Below are positions 8,792-19,029 of a DNA stretch of 32,000 nucleotides, piece by piece. Position 1 is the stretch's first letter. Each line of letters opens with the position of its first letter. A model generated the notes under the pieces. That model was given only the letters and a program-made list of their open reading frames with translations. It did no database searches and was not told where the DNA came from. The DNA is from Caedimonas varicaedens (lineage in GTDB: Bacteria; Pseudomonadota; Alphaproteobacteria; Caedimonadales; Caedimonadaceae), in the NCBI GenBank assembly GCA_001192655.1, contig BBVC01000016.1, positions 15,149 to 47,148 of the forward strand, given 5' to 3'. The translations under genes and the position numbers were made by a program.

Positions 8792-10264
8792 TTAAGGCTG
8801 AAATTCTTTTCTGATAAAGAATGATTTTATGAAGGGCATTAACATAAAAACAAATATGCTCAGTATAAGAGATAAAATGCCCATTTTTATAAAGGCCTGA
8901 CGGTAAATAGACAAACTTATTTCCGCAGGGATTGCGTCCCTGTTCGAGTAGGAGAGAGAAGCAAAATTTGCAACAAATCCTGATAAATAATTCCCAAATG
9001 ATAAGACAATAAACCAAAAACTGACGACAATACTATTGACACGACGAGGCGCAAGCTTTGTCACCGTAGAAAGCCCTACAGGAGAGACCAAAAGTTCTCC
9101 AATAACATGGCAAACATACGTCAGTACAACCCAAAAAAGAGAGACTTGACCCTTATTTCCAGTGAAGAAAGTCCCCGTTACCAAGCATCCAAATCCTATC
9201 CCCAAAAACATAAGACCAGCAGCGATTTTGAGAGGAGAAAGAGAGTTACCTTTCTTGTTTCTCAAAGAATGCCATATGCATGCCAAAAGAGGACCCAAGA
9301 CTATAATCAACAAAGGTGTGATTGCCTGAAGCTGACCAACTGCGATGCTCATGCCCAGAAAAGTGCGATCAACGTTTCTGGCAGAAAATAGTGCGATAGA
9401 GCTTGCACCTTGTTCATCAAGAGCAAAGAAGCATATGCTGATACTCATTACAATGAAGATGGCAAGCAAATTTTTCCTTTCTTCTCGACTTGCTTGATAA
9501 AATATAACAGCAGAAAAAATAAGGGTTAAAGTTCCCAAAAAAGGCATAATATAGTTAAGAAAATATCGAGTTAAAAGAGTGTAATAAGTAGGCAATACAG
9601 TTAAAAACATCAGAATGATACACCAAACTTCACGTTTGCTTATCCTCGTTGCATGGTCTTCTTTTCTATTTCCTTGAGAAGAGGATGGAATGTTTTTTTC
9701 TGTCCTGACAAATATAAGCATTCCTGTACTCATAGCCGCAAAAGAAAGCACAAAGGACCATTGCCATCCATAGACCTGACTTATATAACCACAAATAAGA
9801 GCTGATAAAGCGGCAGAAATATTAATAACGGTATAGAAAAGAGTAAAAATCGTTTCTCTTTGGTTATCTAGAGTCGAACATAAATATCCCAAAAGAGACG
9901 TTACATTGGGCTTAAATAAACCCGACCCAACAATAATAAATGAAAGCCCAACATAAAAAGCAGACAGGAAAGGTAAACAAAGGCAACCATACCCTATACT
10001 CATTAAAACACTTCCCAGGATAATAGAACGTTTGTATCCCAGACTGTAGTCAGAAATAAAAGCACCCATCAAGGATGTCGCATATGTTAAAGCCATAAAA
10101 ATTGAATACATACTAAAGGAATCACGATCATGAAATGAAAAATGCTGGGTCATGTACAAAAGAAGAATACAACGCACTCCAAAAAAAGAAAATCTTTCAA
10201 AAAATTCTACTAATAAAACAGCCCAAATCTTATTGACTGAAAGAAAGTGAAAAAATTTTGCCAT
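8792..10264 (-). CDS. POT/PTR2-family proton-dependent oligopeptide transporter
   Basis: ORF 8792..10312. The signature is E-x-x-ERF-x-(F/Y)-(F/Y)-G (LLVEFFERFSFFGVR) plus GSGLFKPNVTSLLG. I prefer the ATG at 10264 (MAKFFHF...); 10282 and 10312 are alternatives. Confidence 0.8.
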   Translation of the reverse strand: MAKFFHFLSVNKIWAVLLVEFFERFSFFGVRCILLLYMTQHFSFHDRDSFSMYSIFMALTYATSLMGAFISDYSLGYKRSIILGSVLMSIGYGCLCLPFLSAFYVGLSFIIVGSGLFKPNVTSLLGYLCSTLDNQRETIFTLFYTVINISAALSALICGYISQVYGWQWSFVLSFAAMSTGMLIFVRTEKNIPSSSQGNRKEDHATRISKREVWCIILMFLTVLPTYYTLLTRYFLNYIMPFLGTLTLIFSAVIFYQASREERKNLLAIFIVMSISICFFALDEQGASSIALFSARNVDRTFLGMSIAVGQLQAITPLLIIVLGPLLACIWHSLRNKKGNSLSPLKIAAGLMFLGIGFGCLVTGTFFTGNKGQVSLFWVVLTYVCHVIGELLVSPVGLSTVTKLAPRRVNSIVVSFWFIVLSFGNYLSGFVANFASLSYSNRDAIPAEISLSIYRQAFIKMGILSLILSIFVFMLMPFIKSFFIRKEFQP

Positions 10265-10437
10265 TTTTGTCTCTATGTTCATTAATTTGCCAAAGCATAG
10301 TTTTTGATTCAAAAATAGTCAAAGTATTTTAATTTTTTTCTTGGTCATGCCTCATAAATAAAGCATAAAATCAATAATCTATCAAAATATTTTAAATAAA
10401 AATCATGCCTGATTAGCAAAAAATTTTTAATTATATC

Positions 10438-10466
10438 TTGATGCTTCATATTTTTTGCCATATAAT
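10438..10466 (+). promoter_or_regulatory. candidate sigma70-type promoter TTGATG-N17-TATAAT for the 10499 ORF
   Basis: TTGATG at 10438..10443, a 17-nt spacer, and a consensus TATAAT at 10461..10466, about 33 nt upstream of the ATG. Confidence 0.4.
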
Positions 10467-10498
10467 CAAAAAAGAATAAAATTCAACAGGTTGCAAAA

Positions 10499-11602
10499 AT
10501 GATACAATATATTCCTCATGAGCCTTTATCCGTACAATGGATTCCCCTAACGTCAATGCTTTCCCTAAATCTTCCATGGCTTTCTCTTGAAATAGAAATT
10601 GAAGAAGAGCAGAAAGAGTGGATTACACAAGCTGTAGAAAAACTGAAATCAGACCCTACCCATGCTCTGACACAGAAGTTTCTTGAAAATCTCAGGGAAT
10701 ATCCGGTGAGTTATTATAAAGCCCGACCTATAGAAGAAATTCCTTCACGGGAAGGTTTAATGCCCGAAGAATTTCTTGCTTTTGATCTTGTAACTCCCCG
10801 TAGTCTGATTAAAAGCATTAACTCGTCTTTACAGCAACATATTCCAGCTTTATTGCCGGATGTATGGAGCTGGTCAGCAGAGGAAATGTCAAAAGCCGCG
10901 CAGATTCAAAATAGCGACTATTATGATCCACTCAGCACTGTAAGCTATCTTATTGGCAAAAGACTGGAAACAGAAAGTATAACAGGACAGGTCAGGGCTG
11001 CTCTACCTCAACAGCTTGACAAGCTGCGCGAAAATAAAGAGTCGCTTTTCTTTGACACAATGAAAATCCTGCTTCGCCAGACCCATTACGTGACTAACTG
11101 TTTTGAAAAATGCTCTGGACCTGCCCTACAGAAATTTTCAGCAGCGGAGAGTGTTATAAAAAAGTTTATGGATGAAGAGCATGGACATGATCGACTCATG
11201 GTAGCTTCCCTGAAAGAGTTGGGATGCGACGACGTCAATACAATTTCTCCCTTTGATACGACAGTATTAGTTATGGAATTGTTCAAAAACGCTGCCCAAA
11301 CTTCTCCTCTCGCCTTTACCTTGATGGTGGGGTATTTTGAGGGTGTGACGATTGCCGAAAGTGACCCTTTAGCCGATGTTTTGGAAAAATCCACAAAACC
11401 TCAGGCTGCAAAAGGATATGCCTTGCATCATAAAATCAATAAGGATGGGGATCATTCGAATGTTATTTTTGAATTAGCCGAATTCCTTCCTCTCCTGACA
11501 AAAGAAGAGGTTATGTACGGAATGCGTATCCTTGAATTAGCTTCGGTGTTGGGGGTCATGTCAGACCGAGCGCTCTATGAATTAAGCCAAGGGAAACCTT
11601 AA
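10499..11602 (+). CDS. hypothetical protein; the C-terminal half resembles a heme-oxygenase-like diiron (HDO / PF14518-type iron-containing redox enzyme) domain
   Basis: 367-aa ORF with coding-like composition. The candidate ligand pattern is E203, E227-x2-H230 (FMDEEHGH), E281 (GYFEGV), H311-x4-D316-x2-H319 (HHKINKDGDH). The N-terminal ~180 aa are unrecognised. Confidence 0.55.
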   Translation: MIQYIPHEPLSVQWIPLTSMLSLNLPWLSLEIEIEEEQKEWITQAVEKLKSDPTHALTQKFLENLREYPVSYYKARPIEEIPSREGLMPEEFLAFDLVTPRSLIKSINSSLQQHIPALLPDVWSWSAEEMSKAAQIQNSDYYDPLSTVSYLIGKRLETESITGQVRAALPQQLDKLRENKESLFFDTMKILLRQTHYVTNCFEKCSGPALQKFSAAESVIKKFMDEEHGHDRLMVASLKELGCDDVNTISPFDTTVLVMELFKNAAQTSPLAFTLMVGYFEGVTIAESDPLADVLEKSTKPQAAKGYALHHKINKDGDHSNVIFELAEFLPLLTKEEVMYGMRILELASVLGVMSDRALYELSQGKP

Positions 11603-11680
11603 ATATAATCAGAAAACATTCTCTTATCGACTTCTTCACCTTTGGATTTGTATGAAAAGTGGCAATACCTAGTGATAAAT

Positions 11681-11878
11681 TTAGTTTTCTTCCTCTTCTG
11701 AAACAGGTTCTATTTCTTCAGAAGGAATGCTATAAACGCCTGAAAACCACTTCCCCAAATCAATGTGTTGACAACGTTTAGAACAAAATGGTCTGAATTG
11801 AATGTCTACTGCCCTATGACAGATAAGACACTTTTTCCTATCTTTAAGAAGGTCGGGTTTAGAAAGAGAATTCATCAT
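11681..11878 (-). CDS. yacG: DNA gyrase inhibitor YacG (zinc-ribbon protein)
   Basis: 65 aa: C-x2-C...[15 protein letters not shown] followed by an acidic tail. It sits in the usual position downstream of maf and rng. Confidence 0.85.
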   Translation of the reverse strand: MMNSLSKPDLLKDRKKCLICHRAVDIQFRPFCSKRCQHIDLGKWFSGVYSIPSEEIEPVSEEEEN

Positions 11879-12779
11879 TTTTTCCTATAATTTCCTGCAA
11901 TCTTCGTGGTAAAGAGTTACATTTTTTCTCGCGTGTTATCTCAAAAAGACCTGCCCGCGTAAATCCCAGAACTTGGGAGCGAGACACATTAAATTTTATC
12001 ATGGTATCATAAAGCACATGCTGATTTTTTTTCTCCTGCAATCTTGGAAAGTCAATCACTATCAATCCCCCAATTTGGCGTAGTTGCAGCTGATCCTGAA
12101 TGACATCCGCTGCGCGCTGGTTAAACTTGAGCCACGCACGATCATCCTTTAAATCAGGAGAAATAAATTCTCCCCCCCCTGTGTTGACATCAATCGCCGT
12201 TAGCGTTTCTCCTTCTTCTATAAAAATCCACCCCCCACCCGGTATTTGAACAGCTGGTTCCAGAAGAGATTGCCATGCCATTGAAATTTTGTCAGGAACC
12301 TTTAAATCGGATTTCAGAGTGATATGATGTAAGGTGTTCAGAGCTCTGACGTGACGAAAAACTCTTTCTGTGTTCGTCACGATCTTTAAAGAATTTTCTT
12401 GTTTCATCAAGTAGGAAAGCCATTCTTCAGGAGCAACGTGAATTTGCCCTACTTTGGAAAAGCTCTCAGCGATTTTAGAAGATGTTTGTGTGACCTGTGC
12501 CCCTTTTTGTCCCAGTGGTATACGTTCAATTTGAACACACACAAGTTCTCCAACATTCAGGATTTTGTGGGGCTTCGCTAAAAGAGCAGGCTTGGCATGA
12601 CCAATATCCACCCAGATACGCGTGCCTTCCAAACGTTGAACACGCCCCTGATAAATGTCTCCGGAACGCACCTTATCATCAAGCAAGGTAAGGATGAGGC
12701 TTTTAACTTCTCCTTCTGCCAGATACGTTAAAAAAACCGCATTTAATTTTTCAAGAATATACATCTCATCAAAAGACAT
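11859..12779 (-). CDS. short RNase E/G-family ribonuclease
   Basis: ORF 11859..12854. The likely start is ATG 12779, 1 nt after the maf stop. It has an S1-like [28 protein letters not shown] and catalytic-region TAIDVNTGG and GLIVIDF motifs. It overlaps yacG by 20 nt. Confidence 0.8.
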   Translation of the reverse strand: MSFDEMYILEKLNAVFLTYLAEGEVKSLILTLLDDKVRSGDIYQGRVQRLEGTRIWVDIGHAKPALLAKPHKILNVGELVCVQIERIPLGQKGAQVTQTSSKIAESFSKVGQIHVAPEEWLSYLMKQENSLKIVTNTERVFRHVRALNTLHHITLKSDLKVPDKISMAWQSLLEPAVQIPGGGWIFIEEGETLTAIDVNTGGGEFISPDLKDDRAWLKFNQRAADVIQDQLQLRQIGGLIVIDFPRLQEKKNQHVLYDTMIKFNVSRSQVLGFTRAGLFEITREKKCNSLPRRLQEIIGKNDEFSF

Positions 12780-12780
12780 T

Positions 12781-13335
12781 CTAAAATTTTCTGCCCTGAA
12801 TAAAAGAAGTCCACTCAAATTCTGGCAAACCTGAAAGAACTGTAGGAGAACCATTAACAGATTTTATAAAAGAAGCTGCTTTGCCAAGGGGATTATATCC
12901 CCCAGATCGACCTTGCCATTCATTCAAGTCCAGATAGCTTTTTATTTCAGCCTCTGCCAATCTTTTAAAACTGATGCGTGTCATGACTGTTTTGGAGTAT
13001 ATTTTCCCCCGAGATTTAAAGGAAAAACAGACCCATATTTGATGTCTTCGCCCAGAAAGCAAATGAAGCATCGTCTTCGCCTCATGACAGGTAGACGGAA
13101 TACCAAGAACACGCTGACCACACCCCACAGTATAGAGAAGGGAAATACTATTTTCAGAAGTTTGCCTTAAAAAACGCTTTATATAATCCTGCAAACTTTC
13201 GCCTTGAAAAGCAAGCTGTCTTTCAACAAGAGAAATCTTTTGAAAACCATCTTGATGCAAGCGGTTTTCCAGATTTTCAGAATCTGACACACCTTTTGTA
13301 ATATAGATTGGGGGAAAGATCATTAAGGTCTTCAT
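12781..13335 (-). CDS. maf: Maf-like protein (N-terminally short and divergent)
   Basis: 184 aa. LLSGRRHQIW and SGGYNP.GKAASFIKSVNGS...V.GLP match Maf. The N-terminal LASxSPRR motif and the GADT Asp are not present. Confidence 0.7.
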   Translation of the reverse strand: MKTLMIFPPIYITKGVSDSENLENRLHQDGFQKISLVERQLAFQGESLQDYIKRFLRQTSENSISLLYTVGCGQRVLGIPSTCHEAKTMLHLLSGRRHQIWVCFSFKSRGKIYSKTVMTRISFKRLAEAEIKSYLDLNEWQGRSGGYNPLGKAASFIKSVNGSPTVLSGLPEFEWTSFIQGRKF

Positions 13336-13363
13336 TAAAGGAAAGGGTTAGAGGAAATAATTT

Positions 13364-13582
13364 CTATTTCTCTCGAAAAATAACACGGCCTTTTGTCAAA
13401 TCATACGGTGTCATTTCCACAGTCACACGATCGCCCGCAAGAACACGAATACGATTTTTCCGCATACGTCCCGATGTATGAGCAAGAATAATATGGTCGT
13501 TATCCAGTTTCACACGAAACATTGCATTGGAAAGAACTTCCATGACAACGCCATTAAATTCAATTAAATCTTCCTTCGACAT
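13364..13582 (-). CDS. infA: translation initiation factor IF-1
   Basis: 72 aa: [70 protein letters not shown], a canonical IF-1. Confidence 0.95.
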   Translation of the reverse strand: MSKEDLIEFNGVVMEVLSNAMFRVKLDNDHIILAHTSGRMRKNRIRVLAGDRVTVEMTPYDLTKGRVIFREK

Positions 13583-13703
13583 TAGGTCTCCAATTAATTT
13601 TATGCTTCTTATTAAAAAAATGTTTTAATATGCCAGTTATTCTCTATAATACATTTCAGTCTTTGCGCCAAGTGTTTCGAATGATTGTGACCCTCATTAA
13701 AAA

Positions 13704-14447
13704 ATGATGCCATCCGCAAAATTAATCACTGTTCCCAATTTTCCCCTTTCAATATCTTATGTTGATTTGATTGCCCTTGTCTGGTTTATTTTTTGTTGGT
13801 ACGGCTATAATATTGTCAACGATAACCTTGTCAAAAGCACACGAAGCCTTCGGGCGCGAATGCACCTCTATCGTATTCAATGGATGGTGACTTCCTTAAG
13901 TCGAGACAATCGCGTGCTGGATATCAATATCCTCGCTAACCTTCAAAGCAGTGTCTCTTTTTTAGCATCTACCTCGATCCTTATTATTGCCGGACTTTTG
14001 GCAGCTCTAATTTCATCAGAAAAAGCGCTGGAAATTGTCAGCAATCTCCCCTTTTCCTGCGAGATGGATCAACATACGTGGAATTCAAAGGTTTTTGTTC
14101 TCATTTTTTTATTTGTCTATGCTTTCTTTAAATTTACATGGGCCTTGCGACAATTTAATTATAGCGCCGTTTTATTGGGAGCAATGCCCACACCAAAAGG
14201 TTCTCCCGAGCAGTTTCTGCCCACTGCACGCAGGGCAGCTATTATTTGTACGTTGGCCGCCAAGCATATGAATCGTGGACTGCGTAGTTTCTATTTTGCG
14301 ATTGCCGTTCTCGCTTGGTTTATTGATCCTTGGCTTTTTATCATTGCCACAGGATGGGTTGTCATCGTTATGTACCGTCGTGAATATCGCTCAGAAGTCG
14401 TTCAGGTACTCAATATGCCTTCTGAAAATATTTTATCAGATTCCTGA
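13704..14447 (+). CDS. DUF599-family membrane protein
   Basis: 247 aa. The N-terminal TM helix (DLIALVWFIFCWYGYNIV) followed by M..YR..WM......RDNRVLD....NL......FLASTSI fits my recollection of bacterial DUF599. Confidence 0.65.
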   Translation: MMPSAKLITVPNFPLSISYVDLIALVWFIFCWYGYNIVNDNLVKSTRSLRARMHLYRIQWMVTSLSRDNRVLDINILANLQSSVSFLASTSILIIAGLLAALISSEKALEIVSNLPFSCEMDQHTWNSKVFVLIFLFVYAFFKFTWALRQFNYSAVLLGAMPTPKGSPEQFLPTARRAAIICTLAAKHMNRGLRSFYFAIAVLAWFIDPWLFIIATGWVVIVMYRREYRSEVVQVLNMPSENILSDS

Positions 14448-14533
14448 TCAGCTAAGGGATTTAATAAAACCCTCAAGCATCTGCAAAATTTCCTGGACTC
14501 GCTTTGGCATAGACGGTTCATATTTCATTCCTT

Positions 14534-15403
14534 TTATGAGACACCACCAGAAAAAGAGAAAACACCGCATCTTTTGATGCCTGCAAGATCGCGATGCCAT
14601 GTAGCACAAACATACCCGGCTTCTTTCATGATTTTCTCAACAGCATTTTCCTGCCCCTGTCCGATTTCAAGATATAGACGAGTTCCCCTATGACTGAACA
14701 ATGAAAACTGCAGAGCAAGCATGTGGTAACAATCCAGGCCGCTCTCTCCCCCATCCAGAGCATTTAAAGGTTCATAGAGTTTGACTTCAGGATCAAGGTT
14801 GTCGATCTCGAAAATAGGGATATAAGGGGGATTTGAAACCAGCACATCAAAAGATCCCTTCAATCCTTTTCCCCAAGAACTCTGCACAAAGTTGACTCGA
14901 TCACAGACTTGTAAATTAACTGCATTTTCCCGAGCCGTTAAAAGAGCATCAAGACTGATATCAATGCCGATTCCATAAGCCTCAGGATACTCTTTTAAAA
15001 GGGTCAACAAAAGACAGCCTGAGCCTGTCCCCAAATCCAGAATCTTCAGCGGAACACAATGGTCGGGATAATCTTTCAAGACAGCTTCAATAAGGGTTTC
15101 GCTATCAGGACGAGGATCAAGTGTTGCAGGAGAGATTTTAAAGGGTAAACTCCAGAACTCACGAGTCCCCAAAATACGGGATACCGGTTCACGTTTGAGA
15201 CGCCGCTCAAGATATTGATAAAAGTGCTCAATCTTGTGAAGAGACACTCCTGCTTCAGAGTGCGCGATAAGATAATCAGGTCGCACGTCCAGAACACTTG
15301 CCAGAAGCAGGCGGGCATCACGCCATCCACCATCGATACCCGCTTTATCAAGTTTTTCTTTGGCACAAAGTAAAAGAGTGTGAATTGTGGTAAATCTTGA
15401 CAT
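14534..15403 (-). CDS. prmC: peptide chain release factor N5-glutamine methyltransferase
   Basis: 289 aa. SAM motif ILDLGTGSGCL and catalytic VSNPPYIP. Confidence 0.85.
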   Translation of the reverse strand: MSRFTTIHTLLLCAKEKLDKAGIDGGWRDARLLLASVLDVRPDYLIAHSEAGVSLHKIEHFYQYLERRLKREPVSRILGTREFWSLPFKISPATLDPRPDSETLIEAVLKDYPDHCVPLKILDLGTGSGCLLLTLLKEYPEAYGIGIDISLDALLTARENAVNLQVCDRVNFVQSSWGKGLKGSFDVLVSNPPYIPIFEIDNLDPEVKLYEPLNALDGGESGLDCYHMLALQFSLFSHRGTRLYLEIGQGQENAVEKIMKEAGYVCATWHRDLAGIKRCGVFSFSGGVS

Positions 15404-15555
15404 GATACCAAGAGTTACTATATTTTACTTATTGATTAAAGGAATTATTCGTCCAATGAAGAAAATCTCGCAATAAAGCCTCTTTGATGAGGCAAATGTA
15501 CAGCCTGATTCTTTCAGTGCCTGTTTTACCTCTTCTTTTTCTGTGCGAGATTCTT

Positions 15556-16956
15556 ATGACCCATCAATTGCTTCTTATAAAGGACATCAGCGTCGTCCTT
15601 CCTCACAAAACACTCTTTACAGGTTTTAATGCCCACATCTATGAAGGAAATAAAATTGCCCTTATAGGACGTAATGGAAGTGGGAAAACCACACTGTTGG
15701 ATATTCTTCAAGGTCGACAAGAACCTTCAGAGGGAAAAATTTATACTTCAGGTGGTACGACCTTTGGCTATGTCCCTCAAATGATTGAAGAAATGAATAG
15801 ATTCAGCGGCGGTCAGAAATTTCAACACGCCCTGAATCAAGCATTAAAAGAAAAACCTTCTATCCTTTGTCTTGATGAGCCAACCAATCACCTGGATTCA
15901 AACCATCGCCGCTCACTGATGCGAATGCTCTGCAATTACAATAGAGCATTGATTATTGTATCTCATGATGTTGAACTTCTGCAAACTTGCATTGACACTT
16001 TCTGGCATATTGATCCCAAAGGTCGCATTCATATCTTTTCTGGAACCTACGATGATTATTTTTATTATTGGCATAAACAGGAAAAAGCCCTGGAAGAAAA
16101 ATTGAAGCAACTGGAACGGCATAAAAAACAGACACACCAGGATCTTATGCGAGAACAGGAGCGAGCTAAAAAAAGAAAATTGTATGGAGAAAAGAAATAT
16201 GCCGATGATAAAATGGCTCTCCGCAGTGCTCAGGGTCGAGGGCAATCAACAAGCAACAAAAACAGAAAGAGAATTGGCAATGAAAAGGACAACATTTTTC
16301 AGCAGTTAGACAACGTCTATATTCCAGAAGTCATTCACCCCAAATTTTCTCTTGAAGCAACACATGGTAGCTCGAAAACACTTGTTTCCATTCATGACGG
16401 TTCTTGTGGTTATGGACAATCTCCTCTCTTGCAAAACATTAATTTATCTCTTGGATATCAGGAACGTCTCGCAATTATCGGTGATAATGGTTCTGGAAAA
16501 TCTACGCTTCTCAAGGCGATCCTTGGGGTACCCGATATTAATAGAACGGGAGACTGGATAATTCCAAAGCAGGAACATATTGGCTATCTGGATCAACATT
16601 ATGGAACGCTTGATCCTCACAAGACTGTCTTTGAAACAATCCATCATTTGAAGACTTCGTGGTCTCCTGCTGAGATAAGACGATTCCTGAATGACTTTTT
16701 ATTCCGCAAAAATGAAGAGGTCGATGCTCTTGTCCACACTCTTTCCGGTGGAGAAAAAGCACGACTGTCGCTTGCGCAAATTGCAGCAAAAACACCCAAA
16801 CTGCTTATTTTGGATGAAATGACAAATAATCTTGATTTGGAGACACGCGCTCATGTCATTCAAGTGCTTCAATCTTTTCCAAGCGCCTTGATTACTGTCT
16901 CCCATGATCATGATTTTCTGAAAGAAATAAATATTGGAAAACAATACAACCTTTAG
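15556..16956 (+). CDS. ABC-F family ATPase (two fused ABC domains, no TM domain)
   Basis: Walker A GRNGSGKTT and GDNGSGKST, signatures FSGGQKFQ and LSGGEKARL, Walker B LCLDEPTNHLD and LILDEMTNNLD, with a charged inter-domain linker. The preferred start is ATG 15556 (MTHQLLLIKDIS). Confidence 0.85.
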   Translation: MTHQLLLIKDISVVLPHKTLFTGFNAHIYEGNKIALIGRNGSGKTTLLDILQGRQEPSEGKIYTSGGTTFGYVPQMIEEMNRFSGGQKFQHALNQALKEKPSILCLDEPTNHLDSNHRRSLMRMLCNYNRALIIVSHDVELLQTCIDTFWHIDPKGRIHIFSGTYDDYFYYWHKQEKALEEKLKQLERHKKQTHQDLMREQERAKKRKLYGEKKYADDKMALRSAQGRGQSTSNKNRKRIGNEKDNIFQQLDNVYIPEVIHPKFSLEATHGSSKTLVSIHDGSCGYGQSPLLQNINLSLGYQERLAIIGDNGSGKSTLLKAILGVPDINRTGDWIIPKQEHIGYLDQHYGTLDPHKTVFETIHHLKTSWSPAEIRRFLNDFLFRKNEEVDALVHTLSGGEKARLSLAQIAAKTPKLLILDEMTNNLDLETRAHVIQVLQSFPSALITVSHDHDFLKEINIGKQYNL

Positions 16957-16974
16957 AAATAAGAGTTTTCTGGC

Positions 16975-18363
16975 TCAGATCATTTTCTCTGGCTTAACCC
17001 AATCATCAAATTGCTGAGCGGTAACAAGCCCTAACATTGAGGCAGCTTCTTTCAGGCTTGTCCCTTCTGCATGGGCTTTTTGAGCAATTTTTGCTGCGTT
17101 GTCATATCCTATGTGGGAATTAAGGGCTGTCACAAGCATCAATGATTCATTTAACAGTTTGGCAATTCGGTCTGGATTCGCCTGAATGCCTTCCACGCAA
17201 TAAATTCGGAAACTTTCTGCGACATCTGCCAACAGACTCACAGACTGTAGTACATTATAAATGATCACAGGCTTGAAAACATTCAGTTCAAAATGACCAT
17301 TGGAACCCGCAATACTGACCGTTACATGGTTTCCCATCACCTGCGCAGCCACCATGGTCATAGCCTCAGCCTGGGTTGGATTAACCTTCCCCGGCATAAT
17401 AGAAGAACCCGGTTCATTCTCCGGCAAGGAAATCTCCCCGATACCACAACGGGGACCTGACCCCAACAGCCTTAGATCATTGGCGATTTTCATAAAGGAA
17501 ACCGCCAACACATTCAACACTCCTGAAAATTCAACCAGAGCATCGTGCGCAGCCAGCGCCTCAAATTTATTCACCGCTGATTTAAAGGGAAGCCCCGTGA
17601 TTTTTGCAATTTCCTGAGCAAAAAGCTCAGCAAAGCGGGGATGGGCATTGAGACCTGTTCCCACAGCCGTTCCGCCCTGTGCCAGAGCGTAAAGGTGTGG
17701 TAATGCCTTGTGAACTCGCTCTATGCCCAGCTCAATTTGCGCTACATAGCCGCTAAATTCCTGTCCCAGCGTTAAAGGTGTAGCATCCTGCAAATGGGTA
17801 CGCCCAATTTTTACAATGGATGCAAATTCTTCTGATTTGGATTGAAGGGACGAATGAAGTTTCTGAAGCGCGGGCAAAAGGTGGTCATGAACTTCTTGAA
17901 CAGCGGCTATGTGCATCACCGTCGGAAAAGAATCATTGGAAGATTGCCCCATGTTAACGTGATTATTGGGATGAACAGGCTTTTTTGTCCCCAGCTCTCC
18001 CCCTAAAATTTCAATGGCACGATTAGCAATCACCTCATTGGCATTCATATTGGTTTGCGTTCCTGAACCTGTCTGCCAGACGACAAGGGGAAAATGCTCT
18101 GTCCACCTTCCTTCCATTACTTCAGTTGCAGCCTGGACAATGGCTTGTCCCAGGGTGTCATCCAAAAGCCCCAGAGACATATTCACTTTCGCTGCCACGC
18201 ATTTTTGCAGGCCAAAAGCCCGGATAAGAGCGACAGGCATACGCTCGTTCCCAATTTTAAAGTGATGAAGAGATCGTTCTGTCTGCGCACCCCAATAACA
18301 GTCTGCATCGACGTCAATCGTTCCAAAAGAATCTGTTTCAGTTCTTTTTCCGCTCTTTTTCAT
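16975..18363 (-). CDS. fumC: class II fumarate hydratase
   Basis: Signature [14 protein letters not shown]-terminus [31 protein letters not shown] from ATG 18363, preceded by AGGGGAA. The upstream extension in the ORF track is probably untranslated. Confidence 0.95.
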   Translation of the reverse strand: MKKSGKRTETDSFGTIDVDADCYWGAQTERSLHHFKIGNERMPVALIRAFGLQKCVAAKVNMSLGLLDDTLGQAIVQAATEVMEGRWTEHFPLVVWQTGSGTQTNMNANEVIANRAIEILGGELGTKKPVHPNNHVNMGQSSNDSFPTVMHIAAVQEVHDHLLPALQKLHSSLQSKSEEFASIVKIGRTHLQDATPLTLGQEFSGYVAQIELGIERVHKALPHLYALAQGGTAVGTGLNAHPRFAELFAQEIAKITGLPFKSAVNKFEALAAHDALVEFSGVLNVLAVSFMKIANDLRLLGSGPRCGIGEISLPENEPGSSIMPGKVNPTQAEAMTMVAAQVMGNHVTVSIAGSNGHFELNVFKPVIIYNVLQSVSLLADVAESFRIYCVEGIQANPDRIAKLLNESLMLVTALNSHIGYDNAAKIAQKAHAEGTSLKEAASMLGLVTAQQFDDWVKPEKMI

Positions 18364-18425
18364 TGAAGTTCCCCTATGATTAAGGTTTAAAGGATATAGG
18401 CGAATTCTGAGAGATTTATAGGAAA

Positions 18426-18884
18426 ATGTCCATCCCTTCCTTCTGCATTGATCCCATGGGCAAAGCGCTGGAACAGGCACGAAAGGCTTTCGTGAAAGAA
18501 GAAGTCCCTGTGGGTGCTGTCATTGTTCAGGATAACAGAATTATTGCTGCCACCCATAATCTTGTTGAAACAACCCACGATCCTACGGCACACGCAGAAA
18601 TTCTGGCGCTCCGTCAAGCAAGTCAAATTCTGCAAACAGCCTATCTGACAAACTGCGCCATGTATGTGACTCTTGAACCATGCGCCATGTGCGCCCAAGC
18701 CATAGCTTTTGCCCGCATCCAGAGCCTCTTTTTCGGAGCCTATGATCCCAAGGGCGGAGCCATTGACCATGGCCCCCGTCTTTTCACTCAGCCGACCTGC
18801 CATCACTCTCCCGAAATTATTGGTGGCTTGCGCGCCCACGAATGCCAGAATTTGCTCAGGGATTTTTTCAAAAAATTAAGGTAA
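18426..18884 (+). CDS. tadA: tRNA adenosine(34) deaminase
   Basis: [15 protein letters not shown] and [11 protein letters not shown] zinc-deaminase motifs. The start could instead be the Met at 18456. Confidence 0.9.
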   Translation: MSIPSFCIDPMGKALEQARKAFVKEEVPVGAVIVQDNRIIAATHNLVETTHDPTAHAEILALRQASQILQTAYLTNCAMYVTLEPCAMCAQAIAFARIQSLFFGAYDPKGGAIDHGPRLFTQPTCHHSPEIIGGLRAHECQNLLRDFFKKLR

Positions 18885-19029
18885 GGGATAATAATAAAAT
18901 ATGCAGTGTTTGTTTTGATCAGCTTGCTTGTTTCTGCCTGTCAGTATGATCACTCTTCTTTCATTGAAACAATCCAAACATTCAGAGAAGTGCCTTTTGA
19001 CACTATAGAATATGTTTTTGCTTTAATTC

